Shown here: positions 1 to 11,745 of the stretch, piece by piece
How positions within the stretch are numbered: the first letter of the stretch is position 1
How the letters are laid out: each line of letters opens with the position of its first letter
Assembly (NCBI GenBank): GCA_050575255.1
Contig: JBNZDD010013709.1
Coordinates: 4,805,693-4,869,692, forward strand
Origin: Harriotta raleighana
Taxonomy: Eukaryota
DNA: 64,000 nt
Direction: 5' to 3'
The notes under the pieces: model-generated
What the model saw: only the letters and a program-made list of their open reading frames with translations
Told to the model about the DNA's origin: nothing
The model's database searches: none
Translations under genes and position numbers: made by a program

Positions 1-316
1 TATTTTGTAGGCAAGTATGACAATTTGTGTACTTCATGCAATGAATCAACAATGTTATTTGGGGGATGGTAAGCCTGGATACAGGGAGAAACTCTCTTCT
101 CTTTTTTGAGTAGTGCACGAGATCCATCTGAACAGGCAGACATGATTTTCGTTTAATGTCTTATCTGAAGGACGCCACCTCCAACAATGCAACACACCCC
201 CGATATTGCATTGAAATGTCAGCCAACACTATGTGAATTCCAAATCCTTAAGAGGGGGTTGAATCTATAACCTTCTATCTCAGTGGCAAGATTGCTACAC
301 ATTGAGCCAGTCTGAC
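1..316 (-). mobile_element. Old tRNA-headed Deu-domain SINE (SacSINE1/AmnSINE-like), diverged, truncated by window start
   Basis: Minus strand has a tRNA-like head (GGCTCAATGTGTAGCAATCTTGCCACTGAG...GGTTATAGATTCAA) and a Deu-like body (GGCGTCCTTCAGATAAGACATTAAAC...GAGTTTCTCCCTGTATCCAGG). Colinear with the copies at 15.7, 42 and 55 kb. Confidence 0.7.
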
Positions 317-1468
317 TGACGAATGAAGTTGGCCCTGGCTTTAAGATGTTTTCTTGACATGATGCTATATCAAATTGGAAGGATTACTTTAATAATTATG
401 AAATACTAGGAAGGGGAGAGAGGGGAGAAATAATTTTGACACTCGAGTTATATCTGGTAAAGTTGACTAGCACAAGCTGGGATATAGGGGACGATGATGA
501 GATGGTGGGTCGAGGCTGGGGGAGGTCTGGGAAAGACCAGTAAACCAAAGGAATGATTTACAAAGAAAGATATTAATAACAATTCATTTGACTATTTATT
601 TCCATCTCACACTATGTATGGGCGTGGGTGTGGAGGGGAGGGGGGAGAAGGATTGGAGTAATAACTTTACTTATCATTGATGAGATGTTCATATGACCAG
701 CTGAGTTTCTGTGCTCGACTTTCATTGTGAGGGTGTTAAAACCATATTTATAGATAATAGTTACATCTGCAATCTTAACCTTAAATAATTTTCAGTTTCT
801 TTACACAATATGGCTTGGCAACTTCCCTCCCCTCCATTCCCTTCCCCCCACCCCCGCCCCACACTACACACATACCCACACATCTTCCCCAATTAAATAT
901 CCTTTGTTTTACATAAAGTTTGAAATAGGCAGAAAATGTCATCCCTTTCCCACCTGACAACCAAAAGCAATTTAGACAAATGTAATTCTTTACAGCCAAT
1001 TACTTCATCTATGAAGGCAGGACTCAGCCTTCAAATGTATTATTGGCTGTCCACAAGGGGCTTACACTGTGAACTCTGAACTACCACAGAAATCTGGAGA
1101 AAAGGTAATATACCAGAAGCAAAAGATGAGGAAAACTGGACCAGACAAATCAACAGTACAGCATATCTGCAGCCATACAGCAAAGTGAACTCTGAATGAC
1201 AATAAAATGCCAAACAAATTTACACTTATATCGTGCCTTTCATTTCAGGCGGATGTCCATACAACAGCAACTTGCATTTACCAAATATCCTTCTTGTAGG
1301 ATGAGGTCTCAAAGCGTTACTGTCTTAGAGTAAAGGGATCAGACACAGAGCAGGGTGATCTGAAACAGATCCAAGGACATAAATAGAACAGTTAAATAGA
1401 AAAGGGATTGTTTTTTGGAACGTTTGTTTAATCATAAAGTCTTAGCTACAAACAAAAGTCGGAAGTGA

Positions 1469-1592
1469 TAATAATAATAATCCATGCATTTGATATAGCA
1501 CCTAATCATGTCCTTGAAGATTCTCAAAGCGCTTTGCAGAATATACTGTAAAGTGAATTGACCGTATAATTTGTGGGTAAAATGTGGCAATT
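1469..1592 (-). mobile_element. Young SINE, 3' tail fragment
   Basis: (TAA)n-TCCATGCATTTGATATAG...CTCAAAGCGCTT..CAGAATATACTGTAAAGTGAATTGAC matches the tail of the full copies. Confidence 0.85.
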
Positions 1593-2959
1593 GCTGAAAC
1601 CTTCACCGACAAGTAAAGTGTGGCAATGAGAATGTCTTCAGCTCCTGAGACAGAGATGTACATTGTGATTTACATTTTCAGTTGACTATAACATATTTAG
1701 CATTTGGGTTCAGAGTATGAGGTTTATGTAGAATGGCTTATGTACTACATGTTATAATTAAATTGGAGCATTGGTGACAATGCTAGAATTGGAGTGAGGA
1801 GCTCCATCAGTCAAAATAGTTGTGTTATTAACTGAGCGAAGCTCATACCAATAATAAATTACTTGGACATCAAAATAAATTAAATATTCTTTGGATGGTG
1901 TCAAACAATATTTTCAGTGCATCTTTGATGTGACAAAAAGGACCTAAGATGATACCTCTTTTGATTACAAAATTAATCAAAACTTTAGTATATGATTTAA
2001 GATAATGTGTACAATGCAACAAAGGTTTAAATAATGAACTAAATTTGCAAATCTGCGATAGCTGTTATTTATTAATCTCAAATACTTTAGTACATTAAGT
2101 ACATAATAGCTGAAGGGATAGAGAAATTCAATTCAGACTGCTAAGGCGTCAGGGTAATTGATGTACCGAGGGAGGTGAAGGGAAATTTTACGACAGTTTT
2201 GTATAGTGCCGATCACATTGGGAGGATGTGAAAGGCACCATACAATTCAGACACCAGCAAGAATTTCTTTGCACAGAGGATAATTAACAGCTGGCACACG
2301 TTACGAAGGAAAGGTGGTAGAGGCCAGGACCCTGAACACATTTTAGAAACAGCTTGACAAAACGGGAATACAGAAGAACAGTTATTCTGGAGAATGAGAT
2401 CAAATGGGCCAAAGGGCCTTCTTTCATCCAAAATTTTCTCTGTTGTGATCTAATGACTTGTACCTTATGTGCAATTTTCACTCAGTAATTTGTATGGCTT
2501 TTCTAAAGTCACAAACAGAATATATTAGAATGAATTTGATGCTTGTGTAAGTGTGGGCTTGACTTACCGTGCTCAGTGCCTTGAAGCAGTGTTTCTTTAT
2601 TCCTCTAATAAAATTGAATAATCTCATTAACATTAATTTCTAATGTGGTTAACATCAGTTTGCAGGAATTCCAGCTGGGTTTAGGAGAGGAAATAGCTTT
2701 GCAAGGCATCAGTGCAATTTCCTGCTTGTAAAAAATATAAGGATGACCTTTTACTCTAAAGAGAAGGTCTATTGAGTGGTTGGGTCATTAGATTTATCGG
2801 TATATTCATCTACTCTAACTGGATTTACAGATACATTCATCGGGAAAACAACTTGGTATATGTGATTCTTCAAGCTACGCAGCAGGTACAACAAACTAAC
2901 CAGGAATTTTATATTATCAGAGAATTTTTAAATGATTATAATCCTTCCATTTGACTTAA

Positions 2960-3187
2960 TGTCTTGACATGTTGTTGAGATGTTTCAAAGGACCTAAATT
3001 GATGTGGCGATGTGTATTTTGTGGTGAATACTGTGGCCAATTTGCGCACAGCAATGTTCTGCAAAAAGCCATTGAATGACCAATTTTATTAGGGTTTGTT
3101 AGTCAGGACGCTGGGAGAAACTCCTTTTCTTTGCAAACAATGAGGACTTTAACGTCCACCTCGACAGGCAGACAGGACCTCAGTTTA
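2960..3187 (-). mobile_element. Old Deu-domain SINE, body/tail fragment
   Basis: GGCCAATTTGCGCACAGCAA...CAGGACGCTGGGAGAAACTCC...TTTAACGTCCACC..GACAGGCAGACAGGACCTCAGTTT is the reverse Deu domain. Confidence 0.7.
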
Positions 3188-3945
3188 GAACCATAAGCCA
3201 TTCAGCAAATTGCATATGTGCTGGCTCTCTTAAGAGCAATCCTTTCAGTCCATTTATCTGTCATTTTCCCTCGTACTGTTGCAGTTCACACTTTTTAAGA
3301 AACTGTCTAGTTCCCTCTGTAAGGCCAATGAATTTTGCTCAATTGTTGCTCCTAACAAGGCATTCCATATCCTAACTAATATTTGCATGAAAATATTTAT
3401 TCTACCAACCCCCCCCACCCACCCCATTTGCTTATTTATTAACTGTCTTAAATTGATGCTATCTAATTACCCACTCATTGATTAGTGGAAATAATTTCTC
3501 CCCATTAATAATAATCCTTGCATTTGATACAATGCTTATCATGTCTTCGAGACTTCTCAAAGTGCTGAACAGAATATACTGTAAAGTGAATTGACTGTAA
3601 ATATGTGGATGAAAAGTGGCAGCCAATTACACACACAAGTGTATCATAAACACTTGTGGATTGAATTAATCAATTTATTTTGAGGGATTATTATTAGGTG
3701 TATAGAGTAAAGAAATTTGCCCAAGGTTTTGCCCTGCCTGGAATTGAACCCAGGTCTCTCGCTTGTAAGGTAAGTGCTCTAACCACTGAGCTACAGGACT
3801 CCACAATTACAATTCTAACTGCAATCTAATCACTTCATAGGACTCTATTGACTATCAAAACACCTCATAATTTTAAAACCCTCTATCAGTTCACCCCTCA
3901 ACCCAATGGAAAAGTTCCCAGTTCCTCTAATCTCTGCTCGTAGGC
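3187..3945 (-). mobile_element. CR1 LINE 3' end, interrupted by a SINE at 3506-3802
   Basis: Colinear with the CR1 3' copy at 62885-63270. AGTGGAAATAATTTCTC resumes as CTATCAAAACACCTCATAATTTTAAA on the far side of the SINE. Confidence 0.65.
3506..3802 (-). mobile_element. Full-length young tRNA-derived SINE (short form)
   Basis: Head GGAGTCCTGTAGCTCAGTGGTTAGAGCAC (A box), GGTTCAATTCC (B box), body AATTGGCTGCC, tail AAATGCAAGGATTATTATTA. Confidence 0.92.
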
Positions 3946-4094
3946 CTAATACTAATAAGCCTCCTCTTCACCCCTTCTATTGCCTTGGTAATATATTTTC
4001 AGAGAAATCTAACTGCAACCTAACATACAATTCATACAAGTTTAGCATTACCACTTATGATTTACAGATAGGACTATAGAATATAAGAGCAAAC

Positions 4095-4287
4095 ATTCCG
4101 TTATCTTTTTTGACAGCCTAACAGTCTAATATCCCATCCAAAGGATGGTATCTCCGACAATGCATCGAAGCCCCAGTACACTATTGGAGTGTCAACATTC
4201 ACTACTAGTTCCAAATCTCGAAGAAGCGCTTGAACTCACATCCTTCTGATTCAGAAGTGAAAATGCTACCAACTGATACTGGCTGAC
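4095..4287 (-). mobile_element. Old Deu-domain SINE, 5' part
   Basis: Reverse of the head (CAGTTGGTAGCATTTTCACTTCTGAATCAGAAGGATGTGAGTTCAAG) followed by TTGTCGGAGATACCATCCTTTGGATGGG. Confidence 0.65.
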
Positions 4288-4962
4288 ACATGAACAGTCA
4301 TGTAAGCCACATATTGGATATCAATCCCATCTTTGTACAAATACATTTTTGGTCATACATGAACAGTTTTGATACTTCGAGTATCATGGTGGCAGTTGAC
4401 TAAATCTCAGGTTTTACTAAAGTAGTAGTCATACTCCCATGGGCCTTTCGTTACTCCTACATTACACCTAATTTGACACCATCTGACATTTCAGATAAAC
4501 CCAGACTGTGGGAGGGTAGTTTTGTGTTAAATTGTGGGCTTCTTTAAGGTTTGACATTTGGAGAAACGATTGTGTGTTTATGCTTCTGTTACGTTTTCTC
4601 TTCACCACCCCCACCTTGCAGATTTTTTTCAGAGGACACAGAGTTTGGTTGAAAGACCCAGCTGTTGATTTATGTTCTAGCTTCAATAATTGCCGCCCAG
4701 GAACTGGAATACCAAGACGGCCATAAAGGTTTGACTGAATTTCGACATTCCATTGCCAAGCATATCATCTTGACACTAGTTCAGCTCAAAAAAGACCCCA
4801 CTTGTCTACCCTCCACAACCCTCCACCCAACCCTTCACCCCACCATCAAACCCTTCACAGGAGCATAGTCACAAGTGCCCTGGAAGAATGCTATAGGAAG
4901 AATAAATATTTTGTAAAACATTGCTGACAGTAAATGTATTTGCCAAAGCATTGCTTAAAGTT

Positions 4963-5278
4963 AAGTTCTGTAGCTCAGTGGTTAGAGCACTCGCCTTACA
5001 AGCATGAGACCTGTGTTTCGAATCCAGGCAGGTCAGGGCGAAACCTTGGGCAAGTTTCTTTACTCCTCTAATAATAATCCCTTCAAAAAAACACAATGAT
5101 AAAATTAGTCATTTCAATCCATGACTGTTTGTGGGACCCTGCTGTAAGCAATTGGCTGCCATATTTCGCCGACAAATATACAGTCAATTCATTTCACAGT
5201 ATACTATGTGAAGTGCTTTGAGATGTCTAGAAGACGTGAAAAGCACTATATCAAATGCAAGGATTATTATATATTATT
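4963..5278 (+). mobile_element. Full-length young SINE (short form)
   Basis: TGTAGCTCAGTGGTTAGAGCACTCGCCTTACAAGCATGAGACCTGTGTTTCGAATCC...AATTGGCTGCC...GACGTGAAAAGCACTATATCAAATGCAAGGATTATT. Confidence 0.92.
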
Positions 5279-5399
5279 AACTGACTGCTTTAAACTAACA
5301 AAGGACAAGAAGACAAATATTAGTTGCACAAATAGTGTAAAATGTTTGTGAAATGGGTCTCATTGATTCTCATTAAGTCAACTTTATTTTATTTTATTT

Positions 5400-5461
5400 C
5401 AGCACTTTGGGACGTCCTCCTGATGTGAAAGGCACTTTACAAGTGTAATTTTGTTGTTGTT
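5400..5461 (+). mobile_element. L2 LINE extreme 3' tail (stem-loop plus (TTG)n)
   Basis: GCACTTTGGGACGTCCTCCTGATGTGAAAGGCAC...GTAATTTTGTTGTTGTT, the same terminus as the RT-bearing L2 at 10.2 kb. Confidence 0.8.
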
Positions 5462-6496
5462 CTTTTATATTAGCAGCTCCCTTTATCTGTTTGAATGCAT
5501 CTTTGTACGATTCAGACCCCAAAGTGCCTATTTCCTCCTTTTGTGTTGGGGGTAATCAAAAGGAGACATTCCCCTTGAGGCCTATTCATCATGATGCTGT
5601 CCTGGGAAGGGGAAAAAAAGAGGGTTTGAAACATCTCAGTAACTGGCCCCAGGTGAGTTGCTTGATCTGAATGACTTGAAGCAGCTGAAGTGTGTAATGT
5701 TCCCAAGCTACCATGTGAGTACAGATGTTCAGGCCAAAGAGCATGCGGCGTACTCCTTCAGAACAGCGAAGAATCAAAGAGAAAAGCATGTAGGAGAGCA
5801 GCCATGGTTCTGTTCTAGACAGACATATTCCCCATCCTTATACCATAAGGTGGCACATCAATGAAATGTATGTTTAGAATTTGATGCATTTACAGTTATT
5901 TACAAGCACGTGGGGATACATTCACTGGACTTGGTGAATGGAGTAGAATAGTACTTAGCACACAGCAATAAATTGTCTGCATTGAGCTTACAAAGTAGAA
6001 TATCCCCCAAAGTCAGAAATCTTTAGTATATGCATACAGATACATATTACTCCTCATGTCATATGTTTCGTGCATTTATCATCACGGAGATTTGTGAAAG
6101 AATCATTCGTCATTTAGAACTTTCCAAAATGGTAGTCAAATAATATTGGCACTTTGCTATCAAAGCATCTTATGGTGCTGTTGAATGTTAGTCCCTCTGC
6201 CGTAGTGCCCATAACATGCTTATTTATAGATCACTGATGTAGGGAATCAAACATTAACCATACATTAACAGATGTGAACAAATTTTGTCCATGGCACGCT
6301 AAGATTTTTTTAAATTGGGAAACCTTGATGAAGGCCTATCAAGGTCCATTACTCAGGACAAAACTGAGTTTGAGGACAAGCCTCAAGAGAAAGGACAAGT
6401 TAAATGAAGAATTTGGTGCTGGAGGATATGAAGCTTTGACTTTAAAACCCGTTTAAACAATTCAGCTTGAAACCATATTTTATAATATAATAATAT

Positions 6497-6840
6497 TAAT
6501 AATCTTTGCCTTTGATATAAAGCCATATCATGTATTCAAGACCTTTCAAAGTGCTAACAGAATATACCGCAAAGTGAATGAATTGTATATTTTGTGGGCA
6601 AAATGTGGCAGCCAAATGCACACAGCAGTGTCTCACAAACGCTCATAGATTGAATGACCAAATTGTTATTTTTTTAAGGATTATTATCCATAAACGTAAT
6701 CCACCAATTGACTAACAACTGGGTTCCTACTACCATTAGGTAAATAGAGGCATGTAGAGTAAGGAAATTTGCCCAAGTATTGGCCCCAGGTCCTCTGGCT
6801 TGCGAGATGAATGCTCTCACCACCAAGCTATAGAACTTCC
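6497..6840 (-). mobile_element. Young SINE, long form with extra internal segment
   Basis: Same head and tail as the short form, plus CCAATTGACTAACAACTGGGTTCCTACTACC...GGTAAATAGAGGC. Confidence 0.85.
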
Positions 6841-8007
6841 TTTGTAGGAAGAAAGGAGAACTGATGAGGTGTAAGAAGCCCCATAGACTTCAGATGCTGG
6901 GAAGGATTGAGTTGAATCAAAAAATGTTTTGCCCAGTTATTTGATTCTAGCATACTAAAGGATGACAATCCCATTCAGCGCTATTCGCAAGGCCTTTGAT
7001 GATGCATGATTATAATTAGAAATTCTATTAGCAGCTGACATTCACATTGCATGTAACGTTTGATGGAATTTTCACCCATGCAGGTACATATGAAGGTACA
7101 CAAATATACAGATATACTGTGTGGATCTGCAGCTCCATGTTACATGATTCAATGTTTTCATGTCTGTGTACGCTCCTGAGTGATGAAACATTGAAACTTA
7201 ATTATCTCATTTACGTTAATGAGGAAGCTGGTACACTACCAATGCACTAAAACATTTTTCTCTGTCAGTGTCAGGGCACTGGATCAGATAATCTTTGATG
7301 TTATGAACACCAGCTTTCTAAAATTATTATAATAATCCGTGTATTTGATATAATGCATTTTTACATCGGGGAGAACATCTCAAAGCACTTCAAAAGCTGC
7401 ATTTTATAAGGTAAACACAGCACAATTTGTGAATGGAATAAAATGCTGCTTAATTGACAACAATGCATTTTCTAAATTGAGGGATTACAAGGCAGAAATA
7501 CACAGGAGATTTACATTATAATCAAGTGAAAAATACTCTGCATGTCATATGTACATACATTTACCATGCTGATTCATCACACTGTTATAGACTGGATGTT
7601 TTCCACCATATTTCAGCCAGGTCAAGTTGAGAGTCTGAAGATTATGAGTTGCGACCTAGGACTCATACAGTCTCGGGTGATACTTCAGTGCAGTGGTGGG
7701 GATGTACTGCAATGTTTGAAGTGCCATAGTAAGAAAAGCAATGTCTATTTTATAAAGTATATGTGGTAGTATGGGTGACCTGACTAGTTTGTTAAATTTT
7801 TCAGAACACAAGAAAGTCATGAAAAAGTCTATCACTGAATTAGACCCAATCCTTCTGCAGACAACAGCAAATGTACCTTCATTGTGGCATCCACCCCACC
7901 CTCTGAATCTCTTGCATAAAATGTTATCCATTCATCCATCCACAGACTAAATACCCTCCCCTAGTCCCAGAAATGCAAGAATGCATCTTATACCATGAGG
8001 TATTTGC

Positions 8008-8190
8008 TCATCTCAATCCACGACTGTTTGTGGGACACTGCTATACGCAATTGGCTGCCGCGTTTCGCACACAAATACTGTATATAGTCAATTCACTTTA
8101 CAGAACATTCATGTGAAGAGTTTAGAGTTTATCTAGAAAACATGAAAAGCGCTGTATCAAATGCAAGGATTATGATTCTTCTTCTTATTA
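8008..8190 (+). mobile_element. Young SINE, 3' half
   Basis: TCAATCCACGACTGTTTGTGGGACACTGCTATACGCAATTGGCTGCCGCGTTTCG...AAATGCAAGGATTATG. Confidence 0.88.
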
Positions 8191-8766
8191 TCTCAGTCCA
8201 TCCCCAAACTCTACCAATGCCTAAAGAAATGAATGATCCTTTTTGTTTCAAATAATGGAAAACTAGAGCCGTTGTCAATGAATAGGTCCATTGATGCATT
8301 TTATTGAAAGCAAGTTATTCATTCCTTATGTTTAATAATATTGTCAAACCAGTTGAGCAAATATAAATGTTGATGTTGCTGGAAAAGAAAACCAATCACA
8401 TATCACTTTTCTTTGTCGCTGATATGTCATCAGAATCAATAACAAGAAAAAAAGCAATTAATCAGTTATGCAGACATGTCCACGTTAAAATGGCACAAAA
8501 ATGTAAGTTTCATGACTGAGAAATTAGTCACTTGACCTTTTGCCAGCATTTCCACTGTGGGTGAGCAGCTAGGGCATTGATCAAAAGATCACTGGTCATT
8601 GATCGCAGTGACAGAGAAAGGAATACAATTATTTTCCACCAAGGTCACAGTGGGGATGGACGAACTGCAAACTCGAACTTGAAAGCAGCTGTGAATTTGC
8701 AAATGCTTGTGTATCTCTGCGTTTAGAGAGAAAAGAAAGGGATTATATTTTATAGCTTGGATTTAT

Positions 8767-9030
8767 ACAACAACAACAAAATTATATTTATAGAGCGCCT
8801 TTCACATTGGGAGGACGTCCTAAAGCGCTGAACAATCAAGTTAGGACCTGAGTGGGGGCGGGGTGGGAGGGTCAGGGAAGGGGGAAGGAGAATAGGAGAG
8901 GGGCAAGAGTTAAGAGGGGAGCCAACGGTACAGTCGAAGAGGATGGTCTTGAGACTGGCCTTGAAGGAGGAAAGGGAAAAAGTGAGGCGAAGGGATTGCG
9001 GGATGGACCGAAGGGATTGCGGGATTATAG
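8767..9030 (-). mobile_element. L2 LINE 3' fragment
   Basis: (CAA)n tail and stem-loop. Minus strand encodes an L2 ORF2 C-terminus-like segment (SLSSFKASLKTILFD). Confidence 0.82.
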
Positions 9031-9098
9031 CTTGGAACGTTCTCCTGATGTGAAAAGCGCTCCACAAATGTAATTTTGTTATTTTGTTATGGTTGTTG
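9030..9098 (+). mobile_element. L2 3' tail, inverted against the preceding copy
   Basis: CTTGGAACGTTCTCCTGATGTGAAAAGCGCTCCACAAATGTAATTTTGTT. Confidence 0.75.
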
Positions 9099-9489
9099 GA
9101 CTGGAATTTTTCAAGAGTGGGATGGGTCTGAAGTTTCAAAAACTTTAATAAACAACCTTATTCTTCTTTCTGTTTCTTTCAGACATAAATATGTGGAACC
9201 AGCTGTTAAATTGACACCTAGAGGCATAGAGGAATAACATACAGTAATCCAAAAAATCACGTTAACCCCAGGGTTCTTTAGTGAATTGCTTTCTCAGGTT
9301 TCTGTGAGTGAATTTTCTAAAGGAATGCAAAATTTTTCAATGATCTCATAACAATCACTCACCTATTAGCTATTGATTGAGGTTACAGTTCCTGGTATGA
9401 AAATGAGGAGGTGAGTATCATGCATTGTTCACCAGTGAGATTTTATACTTGCTCAGAATAGCATTTTACAATATCAGAAATTATTCTGA

Positions 9490-9800
9490 ACCCTTGTGGG
9501 GAAATCTCATTGCTAAGAACATAAACATGGATTGGAGGCTGGTAAATCCAGTACAAATCTACAGAAACACTAATTCAGTGAGCGATTAGTGAACCTATGG
9601 AACTGGTTCCCTAGGGAGACAGTGGAAGCAGTAAATGTTGTTGTTTCAAGAAGAAATTAGTCAGATTTCCTTCTAGAAAATAATATCTTGGGATACAATA
9701 TATAGTTTGGGACATGATATGTCAAGTGACTGCCTTGATGATTGAAGATGAACAAGATGGACCTTGGTCTTTCGCCTAGCAAATTCTTATGTTTTTATGA
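9490..9800 (+). mobile_element. CR1 LINE 3' end
   Basis: GTGAACCTATGGAACTGGTTCCC..GAGACAGTGGAAGCAG..TTCAAGAAGAAATTAG (V.LWN.LP...VEA...FK.KL-type C-terminus), ending in TTCTTATGTTTTTATG. Confidence 0.7.
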
Positions 9801-10226
9801 TATTTTTAGTTGCTTTAGTTTCTCAGTAAAGAAGACAAGACAAGGGCATAAAACCACAGAACTTTTGAAAGATCTTATCCAAGAGAGAAGATCCATAGTA
9901 ACTGTGACTGATAGAAGTGAAGTGTCTAAGGATGTTGAAACTCTCTGGGGAATTGTTGAACAGTGATAATTAGCAGTAGATGACTTGAGGTGACTCTCCT
10001 CGGTGACTAAACTGCTCTAACTTTTGGCTGTGAAGGTCACAGCATCACTGCATTGTTTCGTCACTAGCTCATTCCAAGCACACACTAGTAATTTAGAGAC
10101 CATTAACCAGAGTGAGATGACTGCAGTGCAGAATTCAGATGAGAGATAGTCACAGAGAAACTCAACAGAACTAGAGAAAGGGAAGGCTAATTCAGAAGAA
10201 TCCAGAAAAACAGAACAGGGTTTATA

Positions 10227-10913
10227 TAACAACAACAAAAATTACATTTGTACAGCGCCTTTCACGTCGGGATGATGTCCCAAGCCACTGGAAAGTCAGT
10301 TTCGGACCTGAGCTGGAGACGGGTTTGGGGAGTGGGGGGGCTGTGGGTGGAGCAAGGGGAGGGGAAGGGGATGACCGATGACAGGGTCGAAGAGGAGGGT
10401 CTTGAGACGTGACTTGAAGGAGGCAAGGAAGGCAGCGAGGTGGTGGGATAGCAGAATGGAATTCCATAGGTTGGGGACAGAGGGCCTGAAGGATGTCCGC
10501 CGATGGTGGGGCGGATGGTTCAGGGGACGACGAGCAAGCCGGAGCCTGCTGAGCAGAGGGAGTGTATTGGTTGATAGGGTATTCAAACAATACCTCAAGG
10601 TTCCTGACTGGCTTGGTAAGGTGGAGTGTGCATCTGTGTTGCTGGATGCTGCCAGCGCCTGTGGAGCAGAGGTGCTGATGCGAGCCAATTTAGAGGGCTT
10701 CGGTCTTGTTGACATTCAACAATAGAAAGTTAGCTCTCATCCAGGACTTGATGTCCGATGGGTACTCTGTCAGGACAGCTGTGGTCCTGTGGCAGAGGCA
10801 AAAAGATAGAGTTGGGTTTCATCCGCATACATGTGGAAGTTGACCCCATGTCTGCAGATGATGTCACCAAGAGGGAGCATATAGATGTTGAAAAGGAGAG
10901 GGCCAAGGACGGA
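10227..10913 (-). mobile_element. 5'-truncated, internally deleted L2 LINE with reverse-transcriptase remnant
   Basis: Minus-strand translation from 10913 is [38 protein letters not shown] (YADD motif reads YADE). Then LLNVNKTEAL*, then PNLWNS..FKSRLKTLLFD, 3' UTR, stem-loop and (TTG)n tail. Confidence 0.92.
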
Positions 10914-11282
10914 GCAGTATATAATGTATGGGGAGCATAATATCTCCCACGAGAAATCTCTTGGCTACAACAGAAGAGATGGATACTTTCTGAAGAATAA
11001 ATCCAAAGGAAGGAGGGATACCAAGGGTTTTGGTAAAAATGCTATCTCCATTCCTACTATCTCCAGACCAAATCAAATATCAAATGCAAGGCAAGTTTTC
11101 CTTCAAGCCACACTGTACCGAAACCTTCATGTTACAGTACTACACTGCCTCACGGGGGAAATTCTACCATTGTGAAGGAAAGCTGGTGTTATGCTTACTG
11201 CAAAACCTTTAACTAAAAAACTTTTTTGCAATCAATTAACAGCCCAAATATTTCCAATTAACATATTATTAATCAATATAAG

Positions 11283-11556
11283 TGGAGGCCTGTAGTTCAG
11301 CTGATGGAGACCTGTAGCTCGGTGGTTAGAATACTCGCCTTACAAGAGAGACTTGGGTTCAATTCCAGCTAGATCAGGGTGAAACCTTGGGCAAGATTCC
11401 TTACTCCACACGCCTGATAATAATCCCCCCTGCTGTGTGCAATTGGCTGCCACGTTTAACCTACAAATATACAGGTTTGCAGTGTATTCTGTGAAGTGAT
11501 TTCAGACATCCAGAAAAAGTGAAAAATGCTATTTCAAATGCAAGGATTATTATTAT
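11283..11556 (+). mobile_element. Young SINE with duplicated 5' start and internal deletion
   Basis: GGAGGCCTGTAGTTCAG followed by GGAGACCTGTAGCTCGGTGGTTAGA, B box GGTTCAATTCC, tail CAAATGCAAGGATTATTATTA. Confidence 0.85.
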
Positions 11557-11561
11557 AAAAT

Positions 11562-11745
11562 AAATAATCCTCGCATCTGATCTGCCACCTGTAAGCATTA
11601 AAACTTCTCAAAGTGCCTTAGATGTGATTACTACCAAGTCCAATACTTGTAAGAAAATATGGCAACCAGTTTGCACACTGCAAGTTCCACTATCAGCTAT
11701 GAGATGAATAATTAATGAATCTGGAGGATTGTTGGCCAGGACATA
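11562..11745 (-). mobile_element. Old Deu-domain SINE, 3' fragment
   Basis: GGCAACCAGTTTGCACACTGCAAG...GGAGGATTGTTGGCCAGGACA. Confidence 0.6.

Noticed and set aside
10222-10725. ORFs of 115-139 aa as host genes
   Set aside because: They are frames of a decayed, frameshifted L2 fragment or its antisense strand.
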